Assembly: GCF_036588685.1 (NCBI RefSeq)
Contig: NC_086373.1
Location: 7,998,001-8,062,000, forward strand
Length of the DNA stretch: 64,000 nt
Direction: 5' to 3'
Source of the DNA: Mytilus trossulus
Taxonomy: Eukaryota
Shown here: positions 12,738 to 26,308 of the stretch, one piece after another
Layout of the letters: each line of letters begins with the position of its first letter
Numbering within the stretch: position 1 is the stretch's first letter
Notes under the pieces: model-generated
Told to the model about the DNA's origin: nothing
Database searches by the model: none
Seen by the model: only the letters and a program-made list of their open reading frames with translations
Program-made: the position numbers and the translations under genes

Positions 12738-15432
12738 GTAAACTGCAGATTCAACAACACGAACTCCACAAAAAACGTCCAAAAGACATCAAAACAATGC
12801 ATAGACAACTTACGATAGAGCATCATAAAATAACAACACTAAAAGTTGTCAAAATGATAACAAAATACTACACAAAAATAACCGTCTAAAAGACAATAAA
12901 ATCTTACATAGAAAACTAAAGATTTATCAAGACGAACCACAACCAATATATAAACAAAGAAAAAAAACCCACTACACTGAAAACTCTACAAAGTAAACTG
13001 AGAACACGAAACCCACTAAAACCGGAGTGAACTTAGGTACACATAGTCTAGTTAGAGAGCTATCGTCAATAATTAACACAACATTCTGTTCTAAATGTCC
13101 ATACTAATGTAAAGAAATTGTATTGAAATTAAATGCAACATTTTATGTACTTGCTAAAATATCGGGATTAGATCTTAATGTAAACAAAATAGGATACGAG
13201 GATAACAAATATAATAGAAGAAATGTATAGCTGAACGTATTTAAAACTGTTTTCTAAATAAAATTTCAATACACTTAAACGATATAAAAACACGATAATG
13301 AAATAGTGTTTAAAACATAGAAAGACGATATTTTCACTGAATGTTTGGACTTTATATTAACCTACTAACAATAATAACATAACAACAGCTGTGAAAAAAC
13401 AATAATTTATCATAAAAGCAACATTCATTCAAACTTTTAAGTAGCATTTGAGAATGCAAAACACTGTCATTTGTTTCTACGTGCTATTATAGGAATTTGT
13501 TTATGCGAAATGTAGAACTTAGCAACCGACTGAAAAATTGATAGAAGAATTTGTTTTATTAAGCTTTAACAATCTTAAATGAACATGTTATTAGATTAAT
13601 GACCAAATTAACAAATCTTCAACATTGTTTTTTTGTTACTGCATTTAGTTCCAAAGGAGAAGGTACGATAAAGTAACATTATATAACTTGGAGAAAGACA
13701 AACAACAATTCAAATTATAACACGTAGGGCGTACTTCACAGAAAACTATTGTTTCTCAAATGCTGTTACATTAAATTTGAAGTTGACAAGATGGAAAAAT
13801 CTTGTTTTCAAATCTGGGCCACCACACTTTGACCAAATCAGCAGCGATAGGACCCTTCATAAAGTAAAAGTTTCTAAAGACAACAATTTTTCGTAAAAGA
13901 AATTGGACCGCTATAACTTGGAAGAAATTGCGATAATGTTATTGTTAATTCAAATAATTCAAATTTCTAATAGTTATTTGTTGAATGTTGGGTCTTTTTT
14001 TAAAGTACAGTGCAAATATTAATGAACGGTATTTCAACACATCACTTATTGAAACAATATGGTCATGACTAAGCAAACACATTATGTATAACAAATATTG
14101 TGTCCGTAATGATTGATATCTTATTGACTAATTAACAAAGCTTCATTTGATAATCCCATTTGAAGACAAAAGGTGATAACAGTACATCAAGACCTGGGCC
14201 CAGTTGTTCAAAAGTGTCGTTAATAAGGAAATAAGGTTAAGTAGACTATTGAACACACCGTAAACCAAAATTATTCAAAATTGTAAAAATCATACACAAT
14301 TATATATTTTAACATAGCTACTTGTATCACTAAAGATAGTTGTCAGAGTATTAGAAAAGTCCAAGACAATCCTTTCTGCATTATCGAATTGTTCAGTTAC
14401 ATGTATTTCTACATAAATACACGTTTTTTTGTATGTTTGCATTTGTCTATGGATTTTGGCACTGTGCAATGATTGGAATTGTTTTGTGCAATTCATTTTT
14501 TTAAATATATATTGTGGCCCACCAGTAACAAATTATCCAAATAGATCATACCATTGGAATAAAATAAAATGATATAAAAAGTAAGAGTGTATTGTATGAA
14601 TCACACAAAGACAGCTATCCACTAGTTCAACTAACGTTGATATAAGCAAATATTTTAAAAAAAATAAAAAATATAACTTTAGGGTCAAATCCCCAACTAA
14701 CATTCAATCTTGAATCGCCCTCCGATTCATTTGTATATCTTGCTTTGATGATATTTTTTGTGCTTTTATATTATAGGAAAACCGCATGAATTGTCAAGCT
14801 AATAATAATCATGTAGAGACAATACCTTATAAAAGAAGATAATTGTATTGTTAATGAAACTACTGTACATCACATTCCTGACTTAGTACAAATGCAAACA
14901 TTTGCAGCGGGATTTAACGTTTTAATGGTACCAAATCTTCTCCCTTTTTCTGAAACAATAGTATAACATTACAACATAGAAAAACACACGATAAAATATC
15001 AATTAGAAAACTTAACAACTCAATCAAAAAACGTAAATTAACACACTATGAACGAATAAATTTGATCTGCGATATCTGAATGTAAATGCACAGTTAATCA
15101 TTGACTTAGTTTCGTACTAATATGATATGTGTTTTATTTTAAAAAGCTGGTAAGTATTCGAAGAATATGAGGTTAAAAATACATTACCTCGCATATCAAT
15201 TTATGGGATCTAGTAGGTCTTAAATGCATTATAAAGAATGGATATTTTTCTAAGAAGCCATCAAAACGTTAGTATTCTATATAAAACTATTAAACCTTGA
15301 ATTAATCGAACTTAAACTGAAAACGTGACAAATGATAAAAACTACAAAATAAACAAAGACTGCAAGTACAATCGAATTTTAACTTTATTGTTGATTGATG
15401 TTAGAAGTCTTACGTAACATGCAAATATTTTT

Positions 15433-15735
15433 TAAGAAATGACTGTAATATTTTTTCTGTCTATAAAAAATAACATAAAAAATTTGGTGCGCACTGAATA
15501 ACGCGCGTAGCGGGTTATTTACAGATTGCACCAAATTTTTTATGCTATTTCGAATAGACAGAAAAAATATAACATTAATTTCTTATAATTTAATTCTAAT
15601 TTCCATTTTAAACCGTAGAAAACCATGAAAAAACGTTGATGACGTCACGGTCACATGACTAAATTATGTCTATTGGCTCATTACAAAATAACGTCAGCGA
15701 ATCAGAAGACGCGTTACATCCAAAATTAAATTATT
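15433..15735. mobile_element. Palindrome-bearing non-autonomous DNA element inserted in module copy A
   Basis: ~150-bp inverted repeat (15433-15585) centred on aataacgcgcgtagcgggttatt; interrupts the module sequence atattt|attg. Confidence 0.65.
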
Positions 15736-16387
15736 GCAGGTTAGATATAATCATGTAAGGAATATTCTTGGAGTAACGTAGAATCATACAGACTTGAGTA
15801 AAATGGTAAAAGAGTACAAAGATCATTAACATTTTAATTGTTTTCAGAAAATAAAATACTAAGTTGTCCTATCTTTACTACTTTAGTATTAAATAGCAGA
15901 AACAGTTTCTATCCATCGTTATACGATCTATAATGAGAGATTCCTTGTGTATTTCTACATTATACAACCAACCAATATATATGAACTGTCATTGGTTGCA
16001 AGAACATGAATCTAAACATAGTTTTATCGTTTGAATTGTTTTTATATTTTTCCATTTTGGACCTTTTATAGTGAACTCTACGGTATAGGTTTTGTTTATT
16101 GTTGAAGGCCGTACGGTAGTTGGTAATTTCTGAGTAATTTTGGTATTAAATAGGGAGTTGTCTTATTTCTATCATATCCGATACTCTTTTTCATATTTGC
16201 ATCTTAAATGCAAGAGATGCGAATAAAGTATGCAACAATCCTTTCAGTAACTATTCAGATAAAACTAGGGATTGTCTTACCCCCAGGAGTAGATTACCTT
16301 AGCCGTATTTGGCACAACATTTTGGAACTTTCTTCAATGCTCTTTTATTTACTTTGTATTTGTTTGGCTTTTTAACTGTTTTGATCT

Positions 16388-16433
16388 GAGCGTCACTGAT
16401 GAGTCTTTTGTAAACGAAACGCGCGTCTGAGGG
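16388..16433 (+). ncRNA. Type I minimal hammerhead ribozyme (retrozyme copy); core intact, stems weakened
   Basis: gcgtca-CTGATGA-gtcttttgtaaac-GAAAC-gcgc-GTC-tgagg. Confidence 0.75.
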
Positions 16434-17704
16434 ATTACATCATATTCCTGGTACCTTACAAAAAAATCGAGCTATGAAACATGAATTTTTAATCTCATTC
16501 AACATTCCATCTCACTCAATTTATGTTTGATTTGTGTTAAACCAAATTTTCTTTTCAAGAATATAGTTATTTCATATACTGACTTGTTTTTACACGCACC
16601 TACCAAAGTTTTAATGTTTTATTGTGCCTTCAATGGTTTTAATTTTATTCACTTTTATTTGATATGTGTTTGATATAAGAAACTTTCTCTAAGGTGGTAA
16701 GCAGAAATTGCAGTTATAGATATACATTTCCTTACATAACTTAATTTCTCGGATCTACTGGTAAATATTTGCGTCTAAAAAAATACATATTTTGTTAGAA
16801 GCCAGCAAAAAATACATATTTTGTTAGAAGCCAGCAACACGGTATTTTCTATATAACTCTTAACCTTGAATAAATGAAACTACAACCGAAAGAGTGACAA
16901 ATGATATCAATTACAAAATAAAAAAAATACTGCAAGACTAGTACAATTGCATTTAAACTTTATTGTAAATTGAAGTTAAAAGTCTTTCGTAACATGAACA
17001 TATTTATTGCCCATTGAATATAACCTTGTAATGGATTTTCTTCGTAGAATTAGCCTTAAAATGTTAAAGTGTAAAATGTTCACAATAACTTAAATCATAC
17101 AGTACCTATTTTTTTTTTAAATCGAAGAGGTTCTATCTTTAGAATTTAAAAGCAGAAACAGTTATTTGAATTTTTTTTTTAAAAGTCCGAAGGACAGATA
17201 AATTTCCGAAGACACTAAAGCGAATCCCAATCAAAATGTACTTAAACGCTGCACGTGTGTTGATATACACGTATAAAGTAGAGGTTTCAGAACACGTGTT
17301 CTTGGAGAGAGTACAATAAAGTGCATTTCAAGCACATTCATCATCATGGAAAACATTAGTGGACGTTTGCCATTCATTGGTAGTAGTATAAACGTAACTT
17401 TGATACTTATTTCTTTAGATGGAACATTTCATTTATTGATAAACTAGCAGCTGTATTGAATGCGCAAAAGGGGTTTATATATATGTAACATATATACAGA
17501 AGAACAAAACAAGAATGCAATCATACAACAATACAATACAGTCACCCTAATTTGATAAATGAAACTTTCTCAGCGGTGGTTGGAAGAAATTGTGGTTATA
17601 GAAATACTTTTCTTCAATAACTTCATTTCTAGGGATCTACAAGCTCTCATTTGCATTTTAAAGGAAGTATTTTGACTTGTTTGGCTTTATAAATATTTAA
17701 ATAT

Positions 17705-17750
17705 GAGCGTCACTGATGAGTCTTATGTAGACAAAACGCGCGTCTGGCGT
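17705..17750 (+). ncRNA. Type I hammerhead ribozyme copy with GAAA->AAAA (G12A), likely inactive
   Basis: gcgtca-CTGATGA-gtc ttatgta gac-aAAAC-gcgc-GTC-tggcg; stems I and II pair. Confidence 0.75.
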
Positions 17751-20328
17751 AACAAATTGTAATCCTGGTACCTTTGATAACTAATTAAACAATATTACTT
17801 TTCAAGAATTCAGTTATTTCAATTACTATTTTTTTCTACACGCTCCTGCCAAAGTTTTTTCATATATGTTCTATTGTTTCTTGAAATGGTTTGGAATTTC
17901 TATTCAACTGAATTTGATATGTGTTTGATATATGAAACTTTCTTAACTTAATTTCTCAGATCTACTAGCTCTTATCTGCATTTTTTCTTAGAAATCATCA
18001 AAACGGGTTTATTATATTCATAACTATCAACCTTGAATTAGACTGAACTTTAACCGAAAAAGCGACAAATAATATCAATTACAACAACAAAATAATACAA
18101 GTATTATCGAATTTTAATTTTATTGTGTATTGAAGTAACTAGTGTTACGTAACATGAACATATTTATTGGCAATTGAATATAACCTTATAATAAATATTC
18201 TGCATAGAATAAGCCGTAAAATGTTATAAGTGTGATACGATCATAAAAACTTAAATAATATACAGTACTTTGTTCAGAAAATGAAGTACGAAGAGGTTCT
18301 ATCTTTATTAAAAAAAAAAGGGGAAAGTTATTTGACCAAATATTTAAAAAATAAAAGATAAGGACACAAACAATTCTCAACACACTTAGGCGAATCCCAA
18401 TTAAAATGTACTCTTAAGCTGCACGTGTGTTGTTGTGCGCGTATATAGTAGAGGTTTCAGAACACTTGTACTTTGAGAGAGGATAGTTAAGTACATTTCA
18501 AGCACATTCACCGTACATGTATCGGAAAATATGCGTGGACCTTTGCAATTCATTAGTAGTAGTATAAACGAATAATACCTACTTTGTTAGTGGGAACATT
18601 TTATTTATTGATAAACTAGCAGTCGTAATGAACGCGCAAAAGTAGTCCATAGATACAACAAAGGAGTATGTAATTCAGTGTTTGTCGTTTGTTTATGTGT
18701 TACATATTTGTTTTTCGTTCATTTTTGAAAATAAATAAGGTCGTTAGTTTTCTCGTTTGAATTGGTTTACATTGTCATTTCGGGGCCTTTTAAAGCTGAC
18801 TATGCGGTGTGGTCTTTGCTCATTGTTCAAGACCGTACGGTGATCTATAATTGTTAATTTATGTGTCAATTTGGTCACTTGTGGAGAGTTGTCTCTTTTG
18901 AAATCATTCCACATCTTCTTTTTGTTATACATAATAATACAATCATACAGCAATAAAATACAGAAGTTCTCAAAGAAGATACAGTAGCATGAATAGCAAA
19001 TCAATTATACTGAATACATGTGCTAACGATTAAGATCTGCATAGTATATATGAATTATTTTTGGTGGGCAAGTTTTGTAGTTAGTTTGGACGCATTTTTT
19101 TGCGCAACCGAACTATATCACTCTATCGTATGTAATAATGGGTAAAATTGTACGTCAAAACATATGTTACAAAATTGTATGACAAATTGACTAACTATAA
19201 TGCAAAATTATTATAGATAGAGATAAACTGTAAACAGTAATAATGTTCCGCAAAGTAAGATCTATAAAAAAGTCACATGACTAAAATGGTCAGTTGATCC
19301 CTTAAGGAGTTATTGCCCAAATAGTCATTTTTTACAATTTTTTGTACTTTTTTGTAAAGCGGAAGATTTTGGCACGCAACAAAAGCAGATTCAACCCACA
19401 ATTTTTTCAATAAATGCCCTGTACCAAGTCAGGAAAATGGCCATTGTTACATTATAGTTCGTTTCTCTGTGTGTTATATTTCAGTGTCGTGTCTCTGTTG
19501 TGTCGTAGTTCTCTTATATTTGATACGTTTCCCTCGGTTTTAGTTTGTGACCCAGGTTTGTTTTTACCTATCGATTTATCGAATTTTGAACAGCGGTATA
19601 CTACTGTTGCCTTTATTTGTTATCTTTGACAAAATTATTCAATATATATCTGCCCTTGCTGGGTTGCTGCCCTTGATATGGTAATTTAAAGAAATTTTAA
19701 TTGGTTTAAGCTCATTATAGATAGAGATAACTGTAAGCAACAAGAATGTTCAGTAAAGTAAGATCTACAAACACATCACCTTCACTAAAACACAATTTTG
19801 CGATGAATCCATCTGTGTCCTTTGTTCAATATGCACATATTTCAAGGTGAGCGACATATGCTCTTTAGAGCCTGCACTTTATATTTACACCTTTTATGCA
19901 GGAGTGGAAAATAAATATTGCAGCAATCCTTTCAGTAACTTTTCCTATACAGTTAATGCAATTAATATAACAATAAAACACGAATTTCTAATTTCATTCA
20001 ACATTCCATCTCATTTAATTTATATTTGATTTGTGTTAAACATATTTCTGTTCAAGAATACAGTTATTCAACAACTTTTTTTATACACGCACCTGCCAAA
20101 GTTGTTATGTTCAATTGTACCTTGAAATGGTTTTGAATTTCTATTCACTTTTATTTGATATGTGTTTGATATATGAAACTTTCTCAAAGGTGGTAAGCAG
20201 AAATTGCGGTTATAAAAATAACTGTATTTACATAACTGAAATTTTCGGGATCTACTAGCTCTGATATGCATTTACAAGGATTTTTTTTTTCTAAGAAATT
20301 ATCAAAACGGTATTCTTCTACATATAAT

Positions 20329-21808
20329 TATCATATACTTAGAATAAAAAACATATAATTTTTACTGTATGATAATATCAGATTATTACATGGCATTTTT
20401 CATATCGCATGTATTATCAGCCCTAGGTTCAATATCAGCCCAAGAGCTGCATGGCTCGAGGGCTGATATTGACCGAGGGCTGATAATACATTCGGTATGA
20501 AAAATGACATGTTATGATCTTTTTATCATATGCTTCAACAATGGAGAAAACTAACTGATTTGTGTATTGATCCTTTAAAATGTACGTGGTTCTCAAATAG
20601 AAGTTCAAAGAGTGAAAAGTTCACGTACGTCAGACCCCACATTTAGTACATTCTATGTGAAATATTTCTACCACTTTCCTGGGCAGAGATAAAACGCTTT
20701 TTAATATGGACTAATCGACAAAAAAAATAAACATGATGTAGACTGGTTGGAAAAGTCATCTTTTTTTAAAGAAACTATCTAAATTATGTTTGAAAATTGT
20801 AAACAATGCATTTATTTAATCATTTGTTAATTATTTTTTTTTGGTTTTTTTTTTATTATTTTACAAAATATACTTTCCAGTATCCAAAAAATTGTTTTGT
20901 ACAGTACTTTGTAATGTTTTTCATTGAGAACGTAGCATTGAGGTGTATTTTCCGGAATTTGCCGAGTATCACCGGAATGCCATGTGATAACGTTACGGAA
21001 AGGCATGTGATAACAATCGAAGCATGTGATAAACTTTTCATATCAGCCCGCTAAGCACCATTTCGAAAAATATGGAATTTACGGTAATTTAATGCTATTA
21101 TCATACAGTAAAAATCATATGCTATTTAGTCTAAGATATGATAATAGCATTAAATTGACGTAAATTTCATATTTTTCGAATTGGTGCTTAGCGGGCTGAT
21201 ATGGAAAGTTTATCACATGCTTCGATTGTTATCACTGCCTTTCCGTAACGTTATCGCATGGCATTCCGTTGATACTCTGCAAATTCCGGCAAATACACCT
21301 CAGTGCAACGTTTTCAGTGAAAAACATCAATTTATAAAGAAGTGTACAAAACAATATTTGGATTTTTGAGAGTATATTGTGTAAAATATAATTTAGAAAG
21401 TTGCTTAAAAAAGTTGACTTTTCCAAACAGTGTTCATTATGTATATTGTTGAATTATTTGTTTTGTCGATTCGTCCATATTAAAATATTTACTTCTCTGT
21501 TTAGGCATATAATAAAAAGATTTAATATCGAATGAACTAAATTAGGAGTCTGACGTCCATGAACTTTTCACTCTTTGAACTTCTATTTGGTAACCACGTA
21601 AAAGGATCAATTATGATTCTAGCGGTTATTAATCTCCATTGTTGAAGCATATGATAAAAAGATCATGACATGTCATTTTTGATATCGCATGTATTATCAG
21701 CCCTCGGTCAATATCAGCCCTCGAGCCATGTGGCTCTTGGGTTGATATTGAATCTATGGCTCATATTACATGCAATATGAAAAATACCATATAATAATCT
21801 GATAATAT
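20329..21808. mobile_element. ~1.5-kb palindrome formed from a ~0.8-kb TIR element plus its inverted duplicate
   Basis: 20369-21100 is the reverse complement of ~21140-21806; 20329-20376 is the reverse complement of 21096-21143. Confidence 0.85.
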
Positions 21809-22933
21809 TAACCTTGCAGTAAATTGAACTTCAACCGAAAAAGCGACAAATAATATAAAAAAAAATATCTGCAAGAACAATTTTAACTCTATTGTTTATT
21901 GCACTTAAAAGTCTTACGCAACATTAAGATATTTATTGCTAATTGAATATAACCTTGTAATGGATATTCTTCATAGAATAAGCCGTAAAATGTTAAAAGT
22001 GTAACAAGATTACAAAAACTTTAATTATATACAGTACTTATTTTTTCAGAAAATATAATACGAAGAGGTTCTATCTTAAGTATTAAGCAGAAACATTTAT
22101 TTGAATAAATTAAAGCAACAGTAGTATACCGTCGTTCGAAACTCATAAATCGATTAAAAAAACAAATCTGGGATACAAACTATAACTGAAGGAAACGCAT
22201 CAAATATAAGAGGAGAACTATGACACAACAGACACACAACATTTATATTGTTTTATTTTGTTTTATCTTTGTCAAGAAAAAATTGTTATAAACGTCTGCC
22301 ATTTTGGACACGATTTCAGACATCATCCCAGTCACAATATATAAAAAGTTGACAATTTCAGGTCAAAATACGGACCTTAAAAGCTTGGGCATGATCGCAG
22401 ACCAAACAGCAAGCTCTAAGGCCCTAAAAATGACAAGACAAGTGTAAAACAATTCAAACAGGAAAACCAACAGTCTAATATATATATAGATAGATCAACG
22501 AGAAACACTTAGGGACCACACCAACATACGACAACCACTGAACAACAGAATCCTTACTTAGATCAGGTGAATTAAAATGAAGCGTGTTAATCGTTTTAAA
22601 AGGCTCCAACAATGACTCTTACCTGAGACATTAGTGTAACATTACAACGTATAAAGACACACTCTTAAAATTTTGATATAAAAGTTCGACAAGAGATTAT
22701 TATTTACTAAAAAAAGAAAAAAATCCTGTAGCTTCTGAACTATCTGACGATGCTTGGAGTTTGGGAGGGGCTTTGCAGTAAGATATCAATTTGTTGTTTT
22801 ACAGTCTTTAATACAGTAGGTACACATGTAGGTATTTTAAGGCTGAGGATGAAGGTATAGAAAATGTAGACTTTCATTGAAAAATGAATAGATGTTGGAT
22901 AGGGACGTAATGTTTTCTTGCAACATGCCCTTA

Positions 22934-23341
22934 ACGCGCGTTTGGCGTATATATACTAAATTTAGTCCTGGTATCTATGATAAGTTTTTTTACAACCACT
23001 GAGTCGATACCACTGCTGGTGGAGATTTATTTCCCCGAGGGTTTCACAAGCCCAGGAGTCAGCACTTTTGTGCTGACATGAATTGTCATTGCTATGGTTA
23101 TATTTATAAAATTTACTGTTTACAAATTTTTGAATTTTTTGAAATACTAAGGCTTTTCTAACTCAGGCATAGATTACCTTCGCTGTATTTGGCAAACCTT
23201 TTAGGAATTTTGGTCCTCAATGCTCTTCAACTTCGTACTTTATTTGACCTTTTTAACCTTTTTGGATTCGAGCGTCACTGATAAGCCTTTTGTAGACGAA
23301 ACGCGCGTCTTGCGTATATACTAAATTTAGCCCTGGTACCT
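22934..23341 (+). mobile_element. Full-length retrozyme monomer (367-nt period) ending in a hammerhead (23270-23315, CTGATAA G8A)
   Basis: Direct terminal redundancy acgcgcgt..gcgtata(ta)tactaaatttag.cctggta at 22934 and 23301. Confidence 0.8.
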
Positions 23342-24048
23342 AATATAAGAGTTTTTGCAAGTGTTCGGATAATGTATAGATCCTGACACTCTCTTTTCAC
23401 GATACATCGAATTATACATCCATGACCGGACGACCCCGCACAGTTGAACATATACCCCTCTTTGTCAAGGGTTTTATGAGAACGTCAAGATTTATCATAT
23501 TCCCAAGTTGCCCTTATTGGAGTACCCGATAAGTCAATGGCTTGTTAAGAACGCCCGTAACAAGTTTATATGTCCATTTTGCACACTTAAGCTGACACTT
23601 ACACATATGTACAACACCTCGCCACTTTTACCCAGAATAAACAAGCTAACCTAATAAAATATTTAAGTCTGAAAAAAACCACGACCAATCCGAGACAACT
23701 CTAACAGAGAAGATGGTAGTATGTACGCGGCTACAATGGTACGAGAGTATACAAGTAATAGAAAAGGAAGTCTTGAATGCAGATTAACATAGATAGAAAA
23801 CCGCATATTAGAGATTATATATTCACCTATTTTTACGCTGAAGGTGAGGGTGGCAATGCAATTAATTAATTTAGAACGAATATGTGCATCACCGGGGATT
23901 TATAATAAAGAAAAGTTACATAGCTGTTGTAGACTAAACTTTGAGGATAAAAAGCAACAGCTAAAACACAAAAATTGACAACGAAGAGGAGAATACAAAT
24001 AATTAAGAAACAAAATGATGACTTTATAGCCGCAAGGTTTCATTCACG

Positions 24049-24325
24049 AGTGGAAATTTATTTCCCCGAGGGTATCACAAGCCCAATAGTCAGGACTGTG
24101 TTTGTGCTGACATGAATTATCATTAATATTGTTATATTTATAAATTTACTGTTTGCAAAATTTTGATTTTTTTGAAATAATAAGGATTTCCTACCTCAGA
24201 CATAGATTACCTTAGCTGTATTTGGCAAAACTTTTAGAAATGTTTGTCCTCGATGCTTTCAACTTCGTACTTTATTTGGCTTTTTTAACATTATTCGGAT
24301 TTGAGAGTCACTGATGAGTCTTTTG
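24049..24325 (+). mobile_element. Truncated retrozyme copy ending within the hammerhead (CTGATGAgtc)
   Basis: Colinear with 23019-23292. Confidence 0.8.
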
Positions 24326-26308
24326 AGTGTGAATTGTGTCTTAACATTCAGAATGGTATGTCTCCACATATTCTTAACATTATGATTAATTATTAATAAA
24401 CTGTTTATTTGTTTGAACAGATTGTTTTAAAAGATTCTAAATTTGTCTTCCCAAACTGAATTTTTCTTAACAACTTCTCAAAATTCTAAATGTATCTTTT
24501 CATAAATTTTTTCTAGTGTTTATCGCATCTTTCCCATCGATCTAGAAACCGGAATTATACTATTACTATTATTTTATGTTTTGCTGTTACACCATTATCA
24601 CAGGATACAGGCACCTATACCAATGTATAACCCTGGTGCAGTATGCAATTGTCTTTCCTTAGTCAGGAGTTATTGTTGTTCCCCTATAAAGGATAACAAC
24701 AAAAATGAACTCCAAGGTAAATTCAAAGAGGGGAAGTCAATAAATAAAGGCAACAATAGTATACCGCTCTTCGAAACTCAAAAATCGATTGAGAAAAAAA
24801 AATGGGTTACAAACTAAAACTGAGGGAAACGTATCAAATATGAGAAGAGAACAACGACACAACAGAACCACCACATTAAAATGTAACACACAGAGAAACT
24901 AAATAGAATATAACAATGACCATTTTCCTGACTTGTTACAGGACATTTTAAGAAAAATGGTATGTTAAACCTGTTTTTTTTGCATGCCAAACCTCCCGCT
25001 TTTATGGCAATGTTCAATAAAACATTAAAAGCACAACATTATATGACAAATGGACAAATTGAAGCGTTAGATTTTGGATTTCCAGTTTAAAGCATCGTTT
25101 TGATTTTTTTTTATGTCGGGGCCTTCCGTTGCTTGTTATGGTATGGACTTTGTAGTCATACTACATCCCATATGTTCATCTATTAAATTTAATCATTGAA
25201 TTGATGCTATTTATCGAGTTGTATTCTTGACTCCTGTCATAAGGAGTAAGAGTGAGAGTATGATTTTCTTCTTTTCCTTATCTGTTTTGCTATATTACAT
25301 TTGTCATTTCAGAGGTTGGCTTTCACTGGATACAAAATTAACGCAGACAATAAATAAGTATCTAGAGGCTAGGGCAACGTCAATTTCTTTTTTTTTATAA
25401 GAGCAAGAATATGCATGTATATACTCGTTCGAGATAACTACGGATATCTTTGAACTTATGTCACTGCAAGGAAAGATGTATAGGAATTCAAATCGAAACA
25501 TTCAAATTTCCTGACAAAATATGTTGATGAGCTATGATTATGAACAGAAGTTTTTTACGACAACCATCGCGATTCGTTAAGTCAAAATATTAATAAAAGA
25601 GAGGCGAGAGATACCAGAGTGACATCGAAAATTAACTGAAAACGCAATAAGTTATCTCATAAGGTAACAGTAAAAAGAAAGACAATCCGGTTAATGATTT
25701 CAGATATGCATTAAACCAACAAGTGGTGAAAAATATATCTTTTGAGAACAAAATGTCTTACAAAACGTGAAACATTTACCTTGCCTACTTCATTAATTTT
25801 CTTTAATATTATATCAATCAACTAAATCAAAATCAATCATATTATGTTTAACCTATTTTGAATTTACTTTACATTATGTTTGAAAATTGTATAATAATTA
25901 TTCTGCTCATTCTGGGCGCCGTGATTGGCAAATAAAATATTGTTTGTTGTTGTTGTTTGGAAAATTTATTAGAAATATTAATAAAAATTTGCTTTGTTAG
26001 CTGTCTGTTCATTTAAGTTCATCTTGAGGTGAACTCGGATTAAATGTTGAATTAATATACAAAAATCTAAAGATATAGAAATTCCCTTATATATTGTGTA
26101 TTTAGTCCGGTCAAGTATCACATCAGTTATATCACATAAAATTAACAAAATTGTAATATGGATTAAACTAAATAGCTTGGTGTACGTCTTTATGCCTTTA
26201 ATGTTAGCATTCACACAGTCTGGTTTATTTTCTTTGTTATAAGGTGTTAATCCAATAATTCGTAGTTGACATTTGTAAATAATGGTTATCTAAAAATTTC
26301 AGATAAGT

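Larger units (their letters stand above)
15120..22105. repeat. Degenerate tandem array of a ~1.2-kb non-coding module (~15120-15905, ~16220-17470, ~17550-18640, ~19900-22105), interrupted by TEs
   Basis: Recurring colinear blocks: ggatctacta, aaccttgaat, ttacgtaacatg, gaagaggttctatct, gcgaatcccaa, gtagaggtttcagaacac. Confidence 0.85.

Noticed and set aside
17346-17447. 33-aa ORF downstream of the TATA-like motif in module B
   Set aside because: Frame not conserved in the paralogous module C
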